From the NCBI RefSeq assembly GCF_009914755.1, contig NC_060926.1: a stretch of DNA of 64,000 nt; one strand, given 5' to 3'. Under the pieces are notes generated by a model that was not told the DNA's origin, made no database searches, and saw only the letters and a program-made list of their open reading frames with translations. A program made the translations under genes and the position numbers. Below, piece by piece: positions 57,226 through 64,000 of the stretch; position 1 is the first letter of the stretch; each line of letters starts with the position of its first letter. The stretch is from the human T2T-CHM13v2.0 reference genome, Homo sapiens.

Positions 57226-57396
57226 GCTTCCCTGGAAGCTTCTTCTTACCTACCCCTGTCTGCATAGGGTTTTGTCAGAAAACATTTTAAATGGTCCACT
57301 TTCAAGGCATGATAAATCTAAGCACTGGCAGCCAGCCCGTGAATGTAACAAATGGCACAGCTCATGCACCTGGAAGGTCTTGATAAACAAACAGAA

Positions 57397-57728
57397 TGTA
57401 GAAGAGGGGTCAGCCCATAAAAGGGAAGAAAGTTCTATTATTGGGAAATTGAAACTTAAGAGGGGAAGAGGACAGGGTATAACCTTATAAGGGGGATAAT
57501 GGCACTTAGGCAACATCCAGGAAGATTGTCACCCCACAGTACTCAACCATGAGGAACTGGGGGAGGGACTTGTGTGCTAGGAGATAAATTACCTGCTGTA
57601 GCTGCCCCAGGTGTGCCTGCCTACCGGCCACCCGATCTTGCAAGACCTCTATTAAAAGTCTCACTTTTGCTGTTCTTTGTCCTCTGAGTCCATTGTTTGG
57701 GTTTGCACAGATGAGCGTGTTTCTCCCA
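57397..57728 (+). mobile_element. ERV1 solo LTR (MER66-like)
   Basis: CCCGATCTTGCAAGACCTCTATTAAAAGTCTCACTT...GAGTCCATTGTTTGGGTTTG...TTTCTCCCA. Confidence 0.6.
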
Positions 57729-59827
57729 GTTTTACTCAGCAGCCACAACCACAGCAGGTGGCTCATTGGTGCAAGGTGGGCAAGAGACCCGAACTGGGCC
57801 AGAGAACCTTCCTGATGATTTTGGAATTGGGGCTTACAGATTCCAGGCGTCTCCAGGTGGCTTGAGCATAGCACATCAGCTACGGAGACACTGTGGCTGT
57901 GTTTTGTCTTGTGACCCCGAAGTGGAGGAGGCTGGCTGGGAGACAGACTCAGCGAGAAGGAAGGTGCAGAGAAAAGCAAGAGAAAAGAGAGGCAACTAGA
58001 ACCCTGCTTCATTTGTTCCTGAAGCCCAGTCACATTTCTGCCCCCTTATTCAGAAAGTCCATATCATGAGAATACAATCCCTCAGCCTGGCATCTGTGTT
58101 CATTGCAGCTGAGAAGGTCCCAGTGAAGCCAGCAGACAGAAGATCTGCAGTCTTGGTCTCCAGTTGACTCAAAGTTCAACAGAGTCAACAGGCTGCAGAA
58201 GAATCAAGCCCCAAATTGGGGGAAAGACCACATTTGGAGGGTGACAGTTTTGGTGTGACCTCAGCAAACAGTAGGATGCCTGAAGAAGTCCCCTGGACAG
58301 TAAAATCAGGCTCTACACTCAAGGGCTGAAAGAATTAGATAAATTTTGGCAGAAGAAGGGAAGAAGATTTGGCAGAAAGACACATTTGTCATATAGGGTG
58401 TGGAGAACCAAGGTCAGAACTAGGACAAACAAATGAAAGATGCCTGAATGCAAATTTTGGCAAGTTTTTTTCTAGCAGGTATCTGCTAGTGGATGGGGTT
58501 TCCTGGGAAGAGGCAGCCAACAGGCAGGAGTTTTAGCAGAGGCTGGGTGGCCGCACGTTGGGTAGGTGAACCTCCTGAACAGAGGTGGTTGGACACATCC
58601 AACCCCAGCCCATGGTTCTGGGGTTGGTGTGAAGTGGCATTTTCCCTATCTTCTGTAGACTGAGAAGTGACCCTCTAACAGATGTTTCAGAAATCCCAGG
58701 AGTAGAACGTTTGCCTTGAACTCCTCCTCCCAAGCAGTCCCTCATTTAGGAAATCACCCCAATGGAAGCAGCAAAGGAAGCTTTCTCTGAGTGAAGGGCA
58801 GTGCCCACAGTGGCCTGCCAAGAGTATGTGGCCCTCCCTGACTGTCCCTACCTCTGGTGGGAACCTAGAGGGGGCGGGAGGACATATGAGTAAGTGCACC
58901 CCCTAAAGGACACAGGGGCTGTTGCCTTGCAGAGGGTCACATGCTGGGCTTGCCTGGCGAACTGGAATCTCTCAATTCAAAGACCACAGGCAGACAGGGA
59001 AGTAATTTCCTAGAAATTAAGTCTGAACACTACAGAGCCTCTCCTCAAAGAGTGAATATGGGCCGGCAGCTGGGGCACACGGGGGCCTTGTGTGTGCATG
59101 TGTAAGGGTGTGTACTGTTACGTGTGTGCACATCCTCACACACGTATACACCCTCACACATGTACATATGCTTATGTGTGCACATACCCTCACATCTGTA
59201 CACACACACCTGCCTCTACACACCCACATGCGCACACGCTCACACACCAGGGCACCTCAGAGGAAGATTTCTTCTCTTCTGAGGAAGTCGGGGAAGCTCC
59301 TGGCAGGAGAGTTGAGCTGGGCCAGCCTGAGGCCTGCAGGCCCAGGAGGCTGAGGACTGGGAAATGGTGCAGGGCCCAGCAAGCCGCAGAAACCTGCCCC
59401 CAGGCTGGGCATGTCAGCACAGTGACCACGCAGCAGCAGCCCCGCAGGCGGGGGCTCCCTCCCCAGCCCAGAAGGTTCCCTATAGGGTGCAGAGCTGCCG
59501 GCCAGCCCTGGGCCCACTCCAGTTAGAGCTGAGCCAGCAGTGTCTGTACTCCACCAGCCCTGCCCCCGTGGCCCAGGCTTGTTGCTTCCTCCCGCTCCTG
59601 GAGCAGGGCCCTGACTTGTTCACACCTCCCAGGCTTGTCCCCCACCTCCCACTCGGTTCCCAACACTGTCCACAGACATTCTTTTAAAGGAGACTTTGCT
59701 TGCATCACTGCCCTGCTTAAAACTCAACAGTGACCCATTCCTCAGCCAAAAAGCAGGTCTTCTTCAGCCTAGCGTTTTAGAACAATAACACATTTCTCAA
59801 GCCCTGATCTGAGTGTTTTTACATACA

Positions 59828-60633
<806 letters not shown>

Positions 60634-60814
60634 TATTTGCCTCTTCGTCCCCACAATCACCCCCTTGAAGTAAGCATTATTATTATGATTATCTGCATAT
60701 TATAAGTGAGGGAACTCAGGCAGGAGGAGGAGGTCATCACTTGCCCACTAGCACAGACAACAGGGGACAGATCCAAATTCAAACCCAGACAGTCTGACAT
60801 CTCAGCCCACACCC

Positions 60815-60940
60815 TTGCAGCTCAAAGTGTGGTCCCTAAACCAGCACATCAGCATCACCTGAGAGCCTGTTAGAAATGCAGAGGCTCAGGCCCCCCAACT
60901 CTGCTGAGTCAGGAAGGTCCCCGAGATCTGAGAAGCTCTG
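60815..60940. mobile_element. MER5A-like fragment
   Basis: CTCAAAGTGTGGTCCC...CAGCATCACCTGAGAGCCTGTTAGAAATGCAG. Confidence 0.7.
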
Positions 60941-63900
60941 CTTGTGCTTCAGAGCCAGGTCCCCTCTCACCCACCTGCCTCAGCTCTGTCAGCCCCCTGC
61001 CTCTGCTTGTGCCGTCCTTCAGCCTGGAGCTCTCTGTCCCGGTGTGTGGACCCTCCAGGCCCCCCACCACGTCCACAAGTAGCTCGCGTGCTCCCTCCTC
61101 TTCTGACCTCCCTGGTCTGTGGCTCCCCCATCCCCTAGGGAAGGATCGGTCCCTCCCACCCTGAGCTCTCGACGCAAGGTCGTGCCTCGGTTATTGTTCT
61201 GACATTGCAGAGGGTATCTGTGAGTGAGTTGGACTTGACGAGTTCCCCTTTTTGTGTGAACGCATGCGTGAATACACACACCTTGTGCTCCTCGTGGAAC
61301 AGGAGAGCCGGCCTCTGAACCCCAGTCCCTGTACCTGTCAGCCGGGGCTCCCCTCCTTCTCTTTCCCACCTCCTTGAATCCAACTCTGAGGACCTTGGTC
61401 TTATGTTGTCCTACATGCCTGGCCTGATCCCTAATGAAGCCCTTGATCTCAGAACTCAATGCATCATTCCCCACCAGCCAGGAGGAGCCGGACAGCTTTG
61501 CCTGCCTTTTGCCTTTCCCTTCTGATACTTTCCCCTTGATCTCAAGCCCTGTCGGTAGCAAAGGGCAAGCAGGGGCCTCCCAGCACAGCAGCTGGTGCCC
61601 TTCGCCACTGCTCACCCCTCCCTGCCCCAACACCTGGCCTTGGTGGCTGAGGGCGATTGGGAGGGGTTTGGCTGGGCGGCAGCAGCCAGCACAGAGGGCC
61701 CAATCTGGCCCGAGAGGCAGGTGAGCAGAGCGCTGGAGGGAGCAGGCAGGAGAAGAGCAAAGGCTTGGGAGCTGAATCCTGTCTCCACAGCGTCCCCTGC
61801 GGCCTCACTCCTCAGCACTTCGGCTCCCTCCTTCTCAGCTGGGGAGAATGAGACAGCCCACGAGGCTGAGGCCATTATGAGGATGAGAGGAGGCGGCTCG
61901 TGTCAAAAGAACTGAGTATTTAGCCAATCACCATTTGATGGACTTCTGGACAGTCGGAACTGGAGTTCATAAGGAATCATTACCAGGCAGGGAAGCTGTG
62001 TCCCGTGCAAGGGGGCACGGCCAGCTGTTAACAGAATGAGACGACGCTTCTTGCACCCTGTAGTGCTGCCCGTGGCCCTCTGTGGCTCCCCTTCGTTGAT
62101 TAGGAAAATGGAATCAGGGTAGCGCCTTGGGAGAAAATGCCGTGGATCCCAGGGCCAAAGCTCATTGTGCCCTTGGTGAGCTGTTTGCCCTGAGGAGAGC
62201 CCAGCAAAGATGGCTCCCAAGTCGTCTCCTTCAGCCACTGCTGGGCCTGGATGTCCCTAGAAAGTGGGCCAAAGCCAGGTCATGTTCCTGTCGTTGGGGA
62301 AGTGGAAAAAAAGGGGCTGCCATCCCGCCTCTCTGACAAACACAGGGAGGTGCCCCCGTGCCTCCGCCACTCTGCCAGGGATACAGACAGACACTCAGGA
62401 AGCACCACAGGCCCCAAGAGGCACAGGCACACTGACAAAAGCAAACCCATACCGGGGACACAGATACCACACACATTTAGTCATCGCTGGCGGCCCCCAG
62501 GTGCCAGAGACTCTCACAGAAGCTCAAGGACTCGAATGAGGTGTTGGTGTGTTTAACACCCATGCCCCCCCCCACACACACCTGTGTATGCCCACATGCT
62601 GCCACTCTGACCTGTGGGTGGGGGCAGGCATGTGAGTGGGCTCTGAGTCTTGGCCTGAGCAGGTGCGTGGGTGTCCCCCCCGCACTCAAATGGGCAGCTG
62701 GAAAGGAAGATCAGGCTCAGGTGCGCAGAGCACAGTGGCCCTGAGCGGGGGTGGTGGGCGTTGCCATGGAGATGACAGCCAGAGAGGCAGCACTGCAGGC
62801 GAGCTCCGTGTGGGCGGCTGCTGAGCCCGCAGATCCACAGATCTCAGGAGGGACTGGGCAGTGCTGGAGGCTCCAGGATGGGAGCGGGGGGGCTCTTGAG
62901 GTGGGGGTGAAGCTGAGGAGCTCTGGAATGGTCATGAATTTGTGGTCTTGGCTGGGAGCACAGACTATGGGGCCTCTGCCTCCCCCATCAGTGCCACTCA
63001 CTCCCACTCCTGTCCCCCACCAGCAACTGTGCTGAGCTCACAGCCAAGGCAAAGCTATCAGGGAGGGCAAGCAGAGGCGGGGAGCTAAGGATCGTGGCTG
63101 GTTTTAGGAAAACGGCTGAGGAGGGTCTAGCTGATTCTCCCCACCTCCTGGCATCACCTGACCTCTCTTTCTTTTCCACTGGTCCCTCCTTTGCAGCCTA
63201 GTGGAATGGGAATCACAGAGGACTGGGAGTCAAACAGTAAATCAGGATGCCTGTCCCTGTCGACCAACTCTGGGACCATGAGCAACCTGCCCAGTGAATC
63301 TCAACCTGGGTCTTCACATCTGTGAAATGGGATGAGGAACCCTGATCGACCTACCTCCAGAGCTGCTGAGAAGGTCAAATGACTCTCAAGAAATTCAACT
63401 GGACAGACATGGACAGATGCTTACTATGCACCAGCACGCCGTGGCGCTCCAGGGACGGAGAGAAGTACACTCTTGCGGAGCTCACCAGTGAGTGGGTGGG
63501 AGACGAGCGCGTGCAAACAAGACAGCTCGGATAAGCGCCAGGACTCAGCCTGTTCCAGCAGCTCCTGGGAGTGCCTGCTAAGGGCCAAGTACCGGGATAC
63601 AGAGAGGCAAGAGCGGCAGAGGAGCCCAGGGACTGCATGGGATTCAAATCACGAAAGAGCAGCGGCCTCCCCCAGAGCAGCCCTCAAATGCATCCGTCTC
63701 ATTCATCCTCATACACCGCCAGGTGGAGCCACTGAATGCTCTCCCCATTTTACAAGTGAGAAAGCTGTGATCAGAAAGAAACAGCTGTCCCAAGTGCAAA
63801 CGAACCCTGGGAAGAGGTGGAGCTGGGATTTGACTCTTGTCTGGCAGGTCCCAGAGTCCCTGCTTTGGGCCACTGAGCTCAACTGCTTCTCCCGGCCTCA

Positions 63901-64000
63901 CCCTTCCATGTGCCTATGGCCTCTGGGAGGGAGCTGCCTGGTGTCAAAGGCCCTCCCCTGCTCCCTGCCCCGGCCCTGGCCTGGGCTGTGGTCCCACCAG

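Overview
Human (primate) non-coding genomic DNA; a full-length AluYb8 at 41498-41814 points specifically to Homo sapiens. I found no credible protein-coding exon: the long ORFs come from Alu, simple-repeat or GC-rich sequence, and the only protein-like remnants are fossil L1 ORF1 and CR1/L3 reverse-transcriptase fragments. The window is dominated by interspersed repeats: about 26 Alu/FLAM/FRAM copies, MaLR/ERVL/ERV1 solo LTRs, hAT and Tigger MITEs, L1, L2 and MIR. The most notable items are a ~2.1 kb C-rich 16-19 bp minisatellite with higher-order structure (28440-30600), a full-length retrocopy of U4 snRNA that looks RNU4-2-derived (33468-33611, minus strand), an Alu tail converted into an AAGGG-type pentanucleotide tract, an 85-bp internally deleted Alu with intact TSDs and CpGs, and several candidate enhancer or hairpin elements. 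I could not identify the locus and see no convincing evidence of a new multi-gene system. Repeat subfamily names come from recalled consensus sequences and need RepeatMasker/Dfam confirmation.
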